NCBI GenBank assembly: GCA_963705105.1
Contig: CAVPIW010000006.1
Location: forward strand, 800,001 to 864,000
DNA length: 64,000 nt
Direction of reading: 5' to 3'
DNA from: an uncultured Nitrospiraceae bacterium
GTDB taxonomy: Bacteria; Nitrospirota; Thermodesulfovibrionia; Thermodesulfovibrionales; Dissulfurispiraceae
In this document: positions 18,940 through 28,475 of the stretch, piece by piece
Layout: each line of letters opens with the position of its first letter
Position numbering within the stretch: the first letter of the stretch is position 1
The notes under the pieces: model-generated
Seen by the model: only the letters and a program-made list of their open reading frames with translations
Databases searched by the model: none
What the model was told of the DNA's origin: nothing
Program-made: the position numbers and the translations under genes

Positions 18940-19618
18940 GGCTGACCTTCTCCAGGGGCGGGAACAGAACTCTGTCGCCTGCCTTCAGGCCCCTGAAATG
19001 ACTCATTCCGTTCGCCTGTGCAACGGCGAAGTAGTAGGTGGCGTCACCGTAAATTTCAAAAGCCATCAGGGGCAGGCTGTCGCCTTCCCTGAGGACCCTC
19101 ACATGGGTGAGGTCCGGCGATGTCTTGTTCTCTTTCTTCGCCCTCGTGGAGTCGTCGACATTCTCCCTGAAGGTGGAGGTAATGACCGCCCGCAGGGGTG
19201 TTCCGTCGGGCTTGAAGAGCTTGTAGGTCGTCTCCGCCTTCAGCAGAACGCAGTTCGACCTCAGGGTGCCCCAGACCACCTGGAGGTAGCGGGGCCTGTG
19301 GATATTTCCGTCATATCCGACCACATCGAAGAACTCCTTTACCTTTGCCGGCACATCGGCCTTCTCGCCGGCTGCGCCGGTTCCGTCGATGGTGAATTTC
19401 AGGGTGTAGTCCTGGGGCTTGATCCGCTTGAACTTCATGGGACTACCCGTCGTCCCCTTCCCCTGGCCTTCCTCGTACTCGATGTCATAGACCCGCTGGT
19501 ATTCCTCGGGATTGAAGAGGACCCTGAACTCGGCAACGGGGCTTCCTGAATAGTCGGCCTTCGTGAAGGCCTTTATGACGAGCTTCTCCAACTGCCCTCT
19601 CTGATTCGTGACGGCCAT
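18932..19618 (-). CDS. CIS tube initiator with C-terminal LysM-like domain (Afp7-like)
   Basis: FNPEEY, HRPRYLQVVWG, LFKPDGTPLRA, SPDLTH..GDSLPLMA..IYGD. Confidence 0.9.
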   Translation of the reverse strand: MAVTNQRGQLEKLVIKAFTKADYSGSPVAEFRVLFNPEEYQRVYDIEYEEGQGKGTTGSPMKFKRIKPQDYTLKFTIDGTGAAGEKADVPAKVKEFFDVVGYDGNIHRPRYLQVVWGTLRSNCVLLKAETTYKLFKPDGTPLRAVITSTFRENVDDSTRAKKENKTSPDLTHVRVLREGDSLPLMAFEIYGDATYYFAVAQANGMSHFRGLKAGDRVLFPPLEKVSRG

Positions 19619-19780
19619 TTATCGCTCCTTCCGGTCGGCGAGGATCGCCAGGACCTGCTCGACGCATTCGGCGACGAGGGCCTCCCTGTCAGGGGCTTCT
19701 TCTCCTGCAGCCTGGCGCACAGGCCCTGACTCCCCGGCAATGACGGCCCTGATGACGAGCTCATTCACCTGAACAGGCAT
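19619..19780 (-). CDS. Small DUF5908-like CIS protein (Afp6/plug position)
   Basis: MPVQVNELVIRA..LVAECVEQVLAIL..KER; 53 aa; stop abuts the next ATG. Confidence 0.8.
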   Translation of the reverse strand: MPVQVNELVIRAVIAGESGPVRQAAGEEAPDREALVAECVEQVLAILADRKER

Positions 19781-19782
19781 GT

Positions 19783-20223
19783 CTAAACCCTCCGGAAGTA
19801 TTTGTACGCCAGTTCCAGGGTCTCGACGACCAGGGCGTTCTCCATGGCCTTGAAATCCGACACGACCCACTTCACGGGCCAGGCCCCGACGAATGTCCAG
19901 CCCAGTATCGGCTGGTGCTCCTCATTGAGAAGCGTCACCAGGACATCCACGGGCTTGAACTCGAAGTTCTCCAGTGCGTCGCTCAGCCAACGGACGAGTC
20001 CCGAGTCCTTCAAGAGCCCCCTCTTGAGGACGAGATTCCCGAACTTTGTCCGTGTCGGCAAACGATGAGTGAACCGGGTTTCCCCGCCCTCGACGAGTTC
20101 CTCTGTCCCCATCTCGGCAGTAAGGCCCGAAACCTCCTGAAAGCGGACATCGTTGTCATTCAGGCCCCCGAGTCCGAACTCGACCCTGAAGTGGAAGCCT
20201 GCAGGGGGATATGGTTCCGCCAT
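19783..20223 (-). CDS. Tail tube protein (T4 gp19-like, Afp5-like)
   Basis: PPAGFHFRVEF..FQEVSGL..EGGE..NLVLKRGL..AWPVKW. Confidence 0.93.
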   Translation of the reverse strand: MAEPYPPAGFHFRVEFGLGGLNDNDVRFQEVSGLTAEMGTEELVEGGETRFTHRLPTRTKFGNLVLKRGLLKDSGLVRWLSDALENFEFKPVDVLVTLLNEEHQPILGWTFVGAWPVKWVVSDFKAMENALVVETLELAYKYFRRV

Positions 20224-20226
20224 GGC

Positions 20227-20658
20227 TTACCCGTTCTCGATGGTCAGTCCCTCGTGGGCGATCTCGACAGACTCGATGGCCACCTCGTTTCCCGTGGCCT
20301 TGAGACCGGGTCCTTCGATCTTGACGGGGAAGGCGTTGACTGCCTTCCAGGTCATGACGGGCTCGTGGTTTTCGTTCAGAAGACTGATGATGATGTCCCT
20401 CCTCGTGACCTTGTTGAGCTTCGTCGTGTTGAGCCACTCGAAGAACTCGTTGTCCTTCGGCACGATGCCCCTCTTGAGGGTAATGTTGCCGAACTTGGGA
20501 ATGCCCGGCATCTTTCTCGCCGAATACTCGGGACTCAGTCCGTCCCTGTACTCGATCACCTGTGTCTCGCGGTTCAGGCCCGAGACCTCGGAGAAACCGA
20601 GGTTCATGCCTCCCCACTGGACCTGAAAATGAAAGACCGGTAACGGGTACTCAGCCAT
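20227..20658 (-). CDS. Tail tube protein (T4 gp19-like, Afp1-like)
   Basis: YPLPVFHFQVQWGG..FSEVSGL..EYRDG..KMPG..NITLKRG..NEVAIES.EIAHEG. Confidence 0.95.
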   Translation of the reverse strand: MAEYPLPVFHFQVQWGGMNLGFSEVSGLNRETQVIEYRDGLSPEYSARKMPGIPKFGNITLKRGIVPKDNEFFEWLNTTKLNKVTRRDIIISLLNENHEPVMTWKAVNAFPVKIEGPGLKATGNEVAIESVEIAHEGLTIENG

Positions 20659-20721
20659 GATCTCCTCCTCTTGTATCCTCTCGATCTTTTCCTATTCCCT
20701 CTTCTCCGATGATCCCTGTTG

Positions 20722-22128
20722 TCACGACGTCTGCATCTTGTGGGAGAACTTCAGAATGATGAACTCGGCGGGCCTCACGACGGCCATCCCGATTTCGACG
20801 TTCATCCGTCCCTCCAGGATGTCGAGGGCCGTCATGGTAATGCCGAGACCGACTTTCACGTAGAAGGCGTCATCGGGCTTCGCCCCTGCAAGGGCGCCGT
20901 CCCGCCATTTCTGGATCAGGTAGTTTTCTATCATGGACTTCACCTTGATCCAGGTGTTCGCGTCGTTCGGCTCGAAGACGGCCCAGTACGTGGACTTCTT
21001 GATCGATTCCTCCACCATGTTGAAGAACCGGCGCACCGGCACGTACCGCCACTCGTTGTCGTTCCCAGCCAGGGTCCTGGCGCCCCAGACGAGGATGCCC
21101 TTGCCCGTGAAGACCCTGATGGCGTTGACCGACTTGCCCGCCACGGGATCCACATTCAGTGACTCCTGGTCCTGGCTCGTGATCCTGACGGTCGGCTTGA
21201 TCACGTTATAGAGCGACACATTGGCAGGGGCCTTCCAGACGCCGCGGGCCGCATCGACTCTCGCATAAACGCCGGCTATCGCGGAACCCGGCGGGAGGGT
21301 GACCCTCTGCTTGTTCATTTCGGCCTTGATCTGGTTGAACAGGACGTTTTTATTCTTCTTGATGTCGTCGTCGCTTATATGTTTGCCTGCCAAATCGTTT
21401 GACACGCTGCCCGAGACGGCTGTATGTGTGCCAATCGTGATGTTGCTGTCGGTGCAGTAATAATTGAGCGATGTCTCGATCCAGGGATGGTACACTGCGC
21501 CGTACTTGATCTGGTCGAGATCGCCGGATATCTTGCTGCGCAGGGTGCCTACGTTACTGCCGTGGACGTCGATGACTGCGAAGCGGTCCTGTAGTGTCGT
21601 ACACTGCAGGAGGGCGGCGTTCATGACCTCGTAGAAGTCATCTTCATCAAGGGAGACGGCATCGGGAAAGACAAGGATCGTCGGCTCGTCCTCCTTGCCG
21701 ATCCTGGCGAGGCCCCCGAGCATGCCCGAGGAGTCGTTCCCTTTGGCAGGCGTGTCACTGTAGCCGCCCACGGAGACGATGTAACAGGGGCCGCCCCCGT
21801 TGGCGAAGAACATCTTCAGGCTGTAGTACATCCTGTAGAGAGTGCCGCTCGCATCGCGGGTGATATCTGTTATCTTGAAGGTGCCGAGGCCTGTGTCTTC
21901 CAGGATGTCGACGGTGAAGCTCTCCTCGTCGGCCCCGCCGAAGTATTCCTCGTACTCCGCCATTGATGCTATTCGTGTGGGAATATTCCTCAGGTCGTCC
22001 GCCTTCAGTTTCTCTGCTTTTTTGGTGTAGCCGATGAAGGCCGGAATGGCCGTCGCCACCTCCGCCACCGATGGCGGGAAGAGGGATATCTCCTCCACAT
22101 AGACATCCGGGGTTTTATACGTTGCCAT
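20722..22128 (-). CDS. Contractile tail sheath protein
   Basis: TPDVYVEEI..TAIPAFIGYT; RGVWKAPAN; VWGARTL..WRYVPVRR; VFEPNDANTW; RPAEFII. Confidence 0.96.
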   Translation of the reverse strand: MATYKTPDVYVEEISLFPPSVAEVATAIPAFIGYTKKAEKLKADDLRNIPTRIASMAEYEEYFGGADEESFTVDILEDTGLGTFKITDITRDASGTLYRMYYSLKMFFANGGGPCYIVSVGGYSDTPAKGNDSSGMLGGLARIGKEDEPTILVFPDAVSLDEDDFYEVMNAALLQCTTLQDRFAVIDVHGSNVGTLRSKISGDLDQIKYGAVYHPWIETSLNYYCTDSNITIGTHTAVSGSVSNDLAGKHISDDDIKKNKNVLFNQIKAEMNKQRVTLPPGSAIAGVYARVDAARGVWKAPANVSLYNVIKPTVRITSQDQESLNVDPVAGKSVNAIRVFTGKGILVWGARTLAGNDNEWRYVPVRRFFNMVEESIKKSTYWAVFEPNDANTWIKVKSMIENYLIQKWRDGALAGAKPDDAFYVKVGLGITMTALDILEGRMNVEIGMAVVRPAEFIILKFSHKMQTS

Positions 22129-22148
22129 ACGGTTCTCCTCCTTTTTCT

Positions 22149-23240
22149 CTAAATGTAGATATAGATTTCAGAATATGCCCCAGTTCCGCCACTCGAGGGG
22201 ACAAGGGCGGCCGCTGAAGGGTTTGCCAGATCCTGTATCTCCAGGGGGCCTCCGCCCCCGCCGTTCTTCTTTTTCAGTGCTATCCCCTTCACAGGTTTAA
22301 TCGCAAGGGGAAGTCTCTGGTTCGAGACGAAGGGAACTGCGTCCGTTCCGTCGCCCAGGGTCATGACGGGAAGTCTCGTGAACTGTATGCCCGGTGCTGG
22401 ATGATGGATCGAAAGGTCTCCGGGGTCGACGGTCCGACGGTACTTGAGGACCACGTAATACTTCCAGAAGGTCCTGCGTGCGTCGACCCGGACGGTATAG
22501 GTCTTCCTGACGACATCGAATGAGTCGTTCAGGAACCTATAGGGTCCGGGCACGTGGGAACCGCAGCAGATGTCGATGACGGCAAAGGCCTTCATACGCG
22601 CGATCTCATCACTTGCGTAGAAGTCAAAGGCCTTCTGCCCGTCAATGTTGATCGTGTACATCCCCGGTCCCCGGGGTCGAAGGTCGACGGTGCAGATGCC
22701 CGTGCCGTCCGTCGTGCTGACGGAAAGGGACCGCACCTTTGTCCCGAGGCTGTCAAGGATGTCGAGAAGCACGGAATTCTGCGTTGACTGAAAGGTGTAG
22801 CGGAAAGAGAGAGGTCTCAGGGCAACGCGATCGGCGGAGGAAAGATAAGGGTTCTGCGTGTCGGCAGTAAGAAGCAGTGCGCCTTGCTGCTGATTGTCCC
22901 GGAGGTTGTGGAGGCTATAGATGAAGCCGGGCAGTCTATCCAGGGGGACATCCGAGTAATTGACCATACGGGGATCAAGAGGCAGGACGACGAAAGAGAA
23001 TGTCAGGGGAGAATCAATCGGCTTCAGGGGATGTGAGATTCCTCCCCCGTCTTCCGTTATTTCATAAAGGAGGACGAAGCCTCCCGGTATCTTCTTGAAG
23101 AGCAGGCCCCAGTTAGCAAGGAGCTTCCGGCATTCCCGCGTCGGCGCCAGGTCGAACACCTCCCCAGCCGTTCCTTCGAAGAAGCGGTGGAAAAGGCGCA
23201 CCTCGACCATTTTGCCGAACTGTATCCTCATCGCCCCCAT
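22149..23240 (-). CDS. Conserved CIS protein between cap and sheath (possible cap adaptor)
   Basis: Long ORF overlapping the DUF4255 gene; RRTFWKYYV; position in operon. Confidence 0.65.
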   Translation of the reverse strand: MGAMRIQFGKMVEVRLFHRFFEGTAGEVFDLAPTRECRKLLANWGLLFKKIPGGFVLLYEITEDGGGISHPLKPIDSPLTFSFVVLPLDPRMVNYSDVPLDRLPGFIYSLHNLRDNQQQGALLLTADTQNPYLSSADRVALRPLSFRYTFQSTQNSVLLDILDSLGTKVRSLSVSTTDGTGICTVDLRPRGPGMYTINIDGQKAFDFYASDEIARMKAFAVIDICCGSHVPGPYRFLNDSFDVVRKTYTVRVDARRTFWKYYVVLKYRRTVDPGDLSIHHPAPGIQFTRLPVMTLGDGTDAVPFVSNQRLPLAIKPVKGIALKKKNGGGGGPLEIQDLANPSAAALVPSSGGTGAYSEIYIYI

Positions 23241-23815
23241 ATGCTCCTGTCCGAGAAATTGATCGTCATAACGGGCTCCTGCTCGTCGGACTTCTGGGAT
23301 TCCTGAATCGTCAGCATCCTGACCTTGTACATGACAGAAGGCATATACTTCGCGCCGAGGGAGGCCCAGAGATGGTTCTGCTGCTCGAAATCGAGGGAGT
23401 GGAGCTCCACCACGAGTTTCTCTGCCACACCTTCAAGTGCCGGGATGTCTCCCGGAGTGAATACGTTTCTGCTCTGGAAGAGGCGCACTGCGGCGGAGAG
23501 GAACTCCAGCGCGGTTTTGTAGTTCTTAAAATGAGAGGTGACCATGACATAGAGGTTCAGCTTCACCTCCGGGTTTCTGTGCGAGACTCTGCCGTTCAGG
23601 TCCGTGCTGACCGCTGCCTGCGCCCGCAACACTCGCTCCTCTTCGAGGCAGACAAGCGTGAGGGCGAGGGAGTTCTCAGGAATGGCGACGCTCCCGTCGG
23701 GCTTCACGAGGGGGGAAAGAACGACCACGGAATCGCTCGTCACGTTGAGCTCCGGCAGGCGCAAAAGGAAACCTGCCACAACCTGCCGCAAGGCATCGAG
23801 GGCCCTGTCGATCAC
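23228..23815 (-). CDS. DUF4255 / Afp16-Pvc16 cap (tail terminator) protein
   Basis: LTLVCLEEER..LNLYVM..FQSRNVFT..EQQNHLWASLGAKYMPSVMYKVR. Confidence 0.9.
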   Translation of the reverse strand: MIDRALDALRQVVAGFLLRLPELNVTSDSVVVLSPLVKPDGSVAIPENSLALTLVCLEEERVLRAQAAVSTDLNGRVSHRNPEVKLNLYVMVTSHFKNYKTALEFLSAAVRLFQSRNVFTPGDIPALEGVAEKLVVELHSLDFEQQNHLWASLGAKYMPSVMYKVRMLTIQESQKSDEQEPVMTINFSDRSIWGR

Positions 23816-23816
23816 A

Positions 23817-24080
23817 TCACGCCTCCGCCTTTTGTTTCCCGGTGTTCAATTTGTATCGCATCGCTGACCCTGAGCCTCCGGATTCAATGAGCAATCCCTT
23901 GTCGACCAACTCTGAGATCGCATCCCTGATGAGCCTCCCTTGGTGCCTGATCTTTCTCTCCAATAACCACCACTGGACGATTCCATCGGCCGTATCCTCC
24001 GCATCAGGATGATCGGTGAGATACGCCAGGATTTCGCGACTGATGGCCGCTTTATCAGAGAAACAGATGTCGTCTTTCAC
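23817..24080 (-). CDS. Small protein, probable winged-helix fold, first gene of the eCIS operon
   Basis: GTG at 24080 with GGAG RBS; ILAYLTDHPDAEDTADGIVQWWL..AISELVDKGLL. Confidence 0.65.
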   Translation of the reverse strand: MKDDICFSDKAAISREILAYLTDHPDAEDTADGIVQWWLLERKIRHQGRLIRDAISELVDKGLLIESGGSGSAMRYKLNTGKQKAEA

Positions 24081-24109
24081 AAGATTGCGTCTCCGGTAAC
24101 GCTGTAAAG

Positions 24110-24125
24110 AGCAGCATCCGTGCCA
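24110..24125 (-). promoter_or_regulatory. Sigma-54 (-24/-12) promoter of the eCIS operon
   Basis: TGGCACGGATGCTGCT: GG-N10-GC, 30 nt upstream of the first operon start, next to a sigma-54 activator gene. Confidence 0.75.
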
Positions 24126-24349
24126 CGTGAAACGGGGGTTGTGCAAACGTAAAAGGAGCAAAATCAACAGCTCAAAAATCAATGAGATAACAGGGAATGC
24201 AAGGGAAGAGGCATGAGTGCGGCTGTAGAACTTCGGGGGACAACTATGCTTTTTTTCTCACAGGGATGATTGTCTGAATCGTAAAAGGCATTGAATCGAT
24301 ACCATCCAGCGGTAGGATAATTTTGTCATAGGGTAAGACTGAGGAAGTC

Positions 24350-25735
24350 CTATGCCTGCGCGGATCGCATATCCTGAACGTTTATATTGTGCTTCCTGAT
24401 CAGCTCCCAGAAGGCGCGGCGGTCCTTTTGGGCAGACCTCGCGGCGCTGGAAATATTCCCTCCGTGCGTCAGGAGCAGGCTCTGCAGGTAGTCCTTTTCG
24501 AATTTCTCGACCGCCCTCGCCTTCGCCTGCCGGAATGATTCCGTCTCACCCGTCCACGGAACGTCAGGGAGTGGAAGGCCGGACGCATCGATCACCCCGG
24601 CAGTCGAAAAGACGACGGCTCGCTCGATGATGTTTTCCAACTCTCTCACGTTCCCGGGCCAGTCATAGAGCAGCAGTCTCTGCATCGCCTCCGGCGTGAA
24701 TTCGTGCGCGTCCCTGTCGAGTTCCGAAGCGTGATGATCAAGAAAATGCCGTGCGAGAACAGGGATGTCCTCCCTGCGCTCCCGCAGCGGGGGCAGGACA
24801 AGGCTCACGACATTGAGGCGGTAGTAGAGGTCCTGACGGAATTTCCCCTCATGCATCGCCCGGCCGAGATCGATATTCGTCGCCGTGATGACACGCACGT
24901 CGGCGCGGCGGCTCTTCGCAGACCCGATGGGCCGGTATTCCTTTTCCTGGAGAAGGCGGAGCAGTTTAACCTGTGACGCGAGGGGAAGACAGTCGATCTC
25001 ATCGAGAAAGAGCGTGCCGCCCTCTGCTTCCTCGACGAGGCCCGGCTGCGACGAATCAGCCCCCGTATATGCGCCCTTCATATGTCCGAAGAGCTCCCTC
25101 TCGATCAACTCCCCGTGAATGGCGCCGCAATTGACGGGGATAAACGGTTTGCCGGCCCGGAGGCCGAGGTAATGGATTGCCCGGGCACACAGCTCCTTCC
25201 CCGTGCCCGTCTCGCCGGAAATGAGGACAGTCGCTTCGCACCTGGCGACGAGCGGTATTTTCCTGATCTCTTCCAGAAAAGCCGGGCTCTCTCCGACCAT
25301 CTGCCTGAGGCCGATCTTCTCCTTGAGTCTCCTGACGAGGGGTTCCCCTGCCCTTCCTTGCTCAACGTGCCTCCATATGCGGGGAAAGATGTCGACCGCC
25401 CGGAGAGGAGATGAAATGAAGTCATCAACTCCCGCCCTGAGAAGCTCGATCATGTCCTCCGACCTCTCATCCCCGGAGGTCACAGCGAGGATAGGGACAT
25501 CCGGGGACGATCCGGTCAATAATTTTACCAGCGATCCGAGACCGGAGCGATCGTCCGGCAGGACGAGGAATATCAGGTCCGGCCCGTATTCCCTGATCGT
25601 CCCGGCGAGGGCGGCGGAGACGGGTGCACTCATGACATGCATCACCGACTTTTGCGACGAGAGGATCTGCTCCAGAATGCCGCCGCACCCTGACAGCTCG
25701 TTCTGATCGATCAGGAATACCCTTATGTCCTGCAT
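24350..25735 (-). CDS. Sigma-54-dependent NtrC/Fis-family activator (receiver-like + AAA + HTH)
   Basis: GETGTGKE, ELFGHMKGAYTGA, GTLFLDEI, FRQDLYYRLNV, WPGNVRELEN, C-terminal HTH. Confidence 0.93.
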   Translation of the reverse strand: MQDIRVFLIDQNELSGCGGILEQILSSQKSVMHVMSAPVSAALAGTIREYGPDLIFLVLPDDRSGLGSLVKLLTGSSPDVPILAVTSGDERSEDMIELLRAGVDDFISSPLRAVDIFPRIWRHVEQGRAGEPLVRRLKEKIGLRQMVGESPAFLEEIRKIPLVARCEATVLISGETGTGKELCARAIHYLGLRAGKPFIPVNCGAIHGELIERELFGHMKGAYTGADSSQPGLVEEAEGGTLFLDEIDCLPLASQVKLLRLLQEKEYRPIGSAKSRRADVRVITATNIDLGRAMHEGKFRQDLYYRLNVVSLVLPPLRERREDIPVLARHFLDHHASELDRDAHEFTPEAMQRLLLYDWPGNVRELENIIERAVVFSTAGVIDASGLPLPDVPWTGETESFRQAKARAVEKFEKDYLQSLLLTHGGNISSAARSAQKDRRAFWELIRKHNINVQDMRSAQA

Positions 25736-26039
25736 GGCGCCCTCCGTCTGTTGCTGAAAACCCGGAAAGACATGCCTCTATCTTCAATTAGAGTGTAGCA
25801 GAATATTGCTGCCCTGTCTTGACATTTCTTACTTTTTTTTTGACCTTTTTTGCTTTATTGCATTTCATGTTCTGAAAATTTCAGCATAGCTCTTTCCGGT
25901 TCCTGACCTGGTCTGCTCCTCCATGTATGTACATGCCCATGCGTAAGGTGGGTAGGAAAAAGCATACACTGGGTCATAAGAAACCATGCGGCAGTCCCTG
26001 TCGCGTATTGCGATTTAGGCCTATTTCAGATGCGCTTTA

Positions 26040-26055
26040 TGGCATCAGGATTGCA
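26040..26055 (+). promoter_or_regulatory. Sigma-54 (-24/-12) promoter, divergent from the activator gene
   Basis: TGGCATCAGGATTGCA, near-perfect consensus. Confidence 0.7.
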
Positions 26056-26366
26056 GTTATACCAAGAGCTGCTCAATGAGCGGCTATTGACTTGCTGAAA
26101 AGAAGAGTAGAGAACCGGGTCGAGAAAATGCCTGGTTGAGCGTTGCAGACGCGGTGAGCAACGGAAGAGGAATGTGTCGGCAAGTCGTCACGGCTTGCTA
26201 TCAGCAGGAATCGAACTATAATTAAGCAGAAACCCCTGACGGTATTCCCGGATGCCGAGGTATACGTACACACAAGGAAAGCCACTCAGCAGGTCTGACG
26301 GCACGATGAGCCCTTCCACAGGGTTCCCTTAAAAACAAAAAAACAGAAGCTACAAGGAGGTAACAC

Positions 26367-26921
26367 ATGATCACAAAAACAGTCATTCTTGCGCTCAGTA
26401 CAGTTCTCGTCTTCGGCTTGGGACTTGCCATGGCTACAGAGGCAGAGCATGGGCCGGAATTCGAGAACGAGGTCGAAATGGAGCACGGCATCGAGGCTGA
26501 GCATTGCCCCGGCGGCGGTCAGATCTTCCTCGGCACGGCGTCTATCACTCCCCCGTCGGCCGGATCGACAATGTCGGGTCTCACGGCGAATCTGCGTCAT
26601 CAGGATTGCGTGGCCGAGGTCGAGAACGTCGAGGCCGAGAAGAAAAAGATCAATGAGGACGTTCATGTAAAAGGCGAGTTTGAAGTGCGGCCCGACAACA
26701 AGCTTGAGATCAAGGACATGACAATCGTCCATGACAATAACAAGGTCACCAGCGCAGCCGGCGACGATTTCACGGTCACCTGCACAAAGACGATCCCTGC
26801 GGGGACCTTTGACGGTGCCACCAGCACGCTCGTAGGAACGGTCACGGTGACCTGCACAGCCACCGGCACCATGAAGAAAAAGGCCGACGACCTCTTCCTG
26901 GAGCTCCTGCCGCACCAGTAG
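26367..26921 (+). CDS. Secreted hypothetical protein
   Basis: AAGGAGG RBS, signal peptide, followed by a terminator. Confidence 0.8.
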   Translation: MITKTVILALSTVLVFGLGLAMATEAEHGPEFENEVEMEHGIEAEHCPGGGQIFLGTASITPPSAGSTMSGLTANLRHQDCVAEVENVEAEKKKINEDVHVKGEFEVRPDNKLEIKDMTIVHDNNKVTSAAGDDFTVTCTKTIPAGTFDGATSTLVGTVTVTCTATGTMKKKADDLFLELLPHQ

Positions 26922-27003
26922 AATCTATGCGGGTGGGTGAGGGAGGAATCCGGGAACTCCCCCTCATTACCATCCGCAGAAAGTCAATGGAATCGAATAC
27001 TGA

Positions 27004-27037
27004 GGAGCAGCGGAGGGGGACCGCCGCTCCTTTTTTT
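27004..27037 (+). terminator. Rho-independent terminator
   Basis: GGAGCAGCGG-loop-CCGCCGCTCC followed by T7. Confidence 0.75.
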
Positions 27038-27050
27038 GTCGTTTCAGTTC

Positions 27051-28340
27051 TTAAGGACGAGGAGAGGAATGCGTGAGAGGAGAGCTAAGGGTCCCGAGGA
27101 AGGCCTCGATCTGAAAAAGCTCGTCGTCCGTCAGACCGCCGTGCCCGACGGAATGGTCGACACCGCCCTGTCCCGGCTTCAGGCTGCGGTAGTGCCGCAG
27201 GACCTCTGAGATAGTGCTGATCTGGCCGGCATGCATGTAAGGCGGACGGTCCGTCACGTTCCGGAGAGAGGGAGTCTTGAAGGCCCTCATGTATTTCTCC
27301 GTCTCTGTGTCCATAAATAGGAGCTCCGCGCAGTCCTTCGGCCCGGCGTCGCTGTATTTCCCGAGACAGTTGAACTCGTCGGCACGCACAAGGCCGATCC
27401 CATCGGCCCTGCCCCTGTCAGGGGGGAGATCGGGCGGGGCCGGGACGCCGACATTATGGAAGTCGCCGTTTGTCAGGAGGGGGCCGTTGTGGCAGTTGAC
27501 ACATTTCGCTTTCCCGATGAAAAGCCTCAGTCCCTGCAGCTCCTCCTTTGTCAGCCCCTTGTCCATGCCTTTGCCATCCCCGCTGAGGAGTGACGCCACG
27601 GCCCTGTCGAACCGTGACGGAGTCGGCACGATGAGCCGGACAAAGGCCCCGATCGCCTTGCCCATGTTTGCGTAGATCCTGTTCACTTCATTCCTCACAT
27701 TGAGATTCATGGAGTTCCAGAGGGCGTCCGCAACGACATCGTCCGTCGCCGGGCGCGCCCCGGGAGGGCATGTCTCATCGGTGAAATGTGATACCGGGCC
27801 GAAGACTTCCTCATATTCCCTGTGGTAGAACTCGTCGATGAGCCGCGCGCAGGTCGAGCGGGCAAATCCATGTTCAAGGGGATTCTCAACAGGAGCGAGG
27901 GCCTGAGACCACAGGCTGTCCTTTCTGCCGTCCCAGAAAAACCACGACTGATAGGCCAGACCGATGAGCGGCATGGTCCTTCTCGTCGTCGTCGCCAGGC
28001 CGTGCGCCCGGGGCAGGGGGTCAGTAAACCCGAGTTCCGGACGGTGGCACGTTGCGCAGGAAACGGATCCATTGGCACTGAAACGACTATCGAAGAAGAT
28101 CTTCCTGCCCAGGTCCGCCGCCTTCGCATTGTCCGAGTATGCATTGGACGGATCCTTCGGCAGGGGCGGGAGCGACCCGACCCAGAGGGACCGGAGGAGA
28201 GTGACCTCCTGCTCCGTCCATCCCTGACGGTCTGCATCCGTACCGGCCAGAGGCGCCCGTTCCTCAGCGGCCCATGCCGCAGCACCGGCAAGGACGACAA
28301 GAACGACGAGTAGGCAAGTCACTCTACCTTGCAGTTGCAT
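27051..28340 (-). CDS. Di-heme cytochrome c peroxidase / MauG-MbnH superfamily protein
   Basis: Signal peptide; CATCH and CVNCH heme motifs; FWDGRKDSL..QA; FKTPSLRNV..PYMHAG; start uncertain. Confidence 0.88.
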   Translation of the reverse strand: MQLQGRVTCLLVVLVVLAGAAAWAAEERAPLAGTDADRQGWTEQEVTLLRSLWVGSLPPLPKDPSNAYSDNAKAADLGRKIFFDSRFSANGSVSCATCHRPELGFTDPLPRAHGLATTTRRTMPLIGLAYQSWFFWDGRKDSLWSQALAPVENPLEHGFARSTCARLIDEFYHREYEEVFGPVSHFTDETCPPGARPATDDVVADALWNSMNLNVRNEVNRIYANMGKAIGAFVRLIVPTPSRFDRAVASLLSGDGKGMDKGLTKEELQGLRLFIGKAKCVNCHNGPLLTNGDFHNVGVPAPPDLPPDRGRADGIGLVRADEFNCLGKYSDAGPKDCAELLFMDTETEKYMRAFKTPSLRNVTDRPPYMHAGQISTISEVLRHYRSLKPGQGGVDHSVGHGGLTDDELFQIEAFLGTLSSPLTHSSPRP

Positions 28341-28475
28341 GGAAAGGCGGGGGTGATGCGCCTCAAAGTCTCGCGGTAGGCGACAGTACGCATTGTCAGC
28401 TTCATGTTTCAGGAATCCACTCCTTGTGTCATCGACCATTGGCGTATGGATCGTCTTTCGTTCTTTCGTTCCCGT
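28326..28475 (-). repeat. Modular intergenic repeat family R1, copy attached to the four-helix-bundle gene
   Basis: Reverse complement closely matches 34201-34336 over about 135 nt. Confidence 0.85.

Noticed and set aside
5101..23815. Prophage or type VI secretion system
   Set aside because: No capsid, terminase or integrase, and no TssJLM, TssBC or ClpV; gene content matches an eCIS.
24301..25980. Shared GGTAGGA[AT]AA motif upstream of both sigma-54 promoters as an activator site
   Set aside because: Short, non-palindromic and only two instances, so it cannot be told from chance.
26220..26330. c-di-GMP-I riboswitch
   Set aside because: Only loose resemblance; the GCAAAC..GAAA..GACGCAAAGC core is absent.
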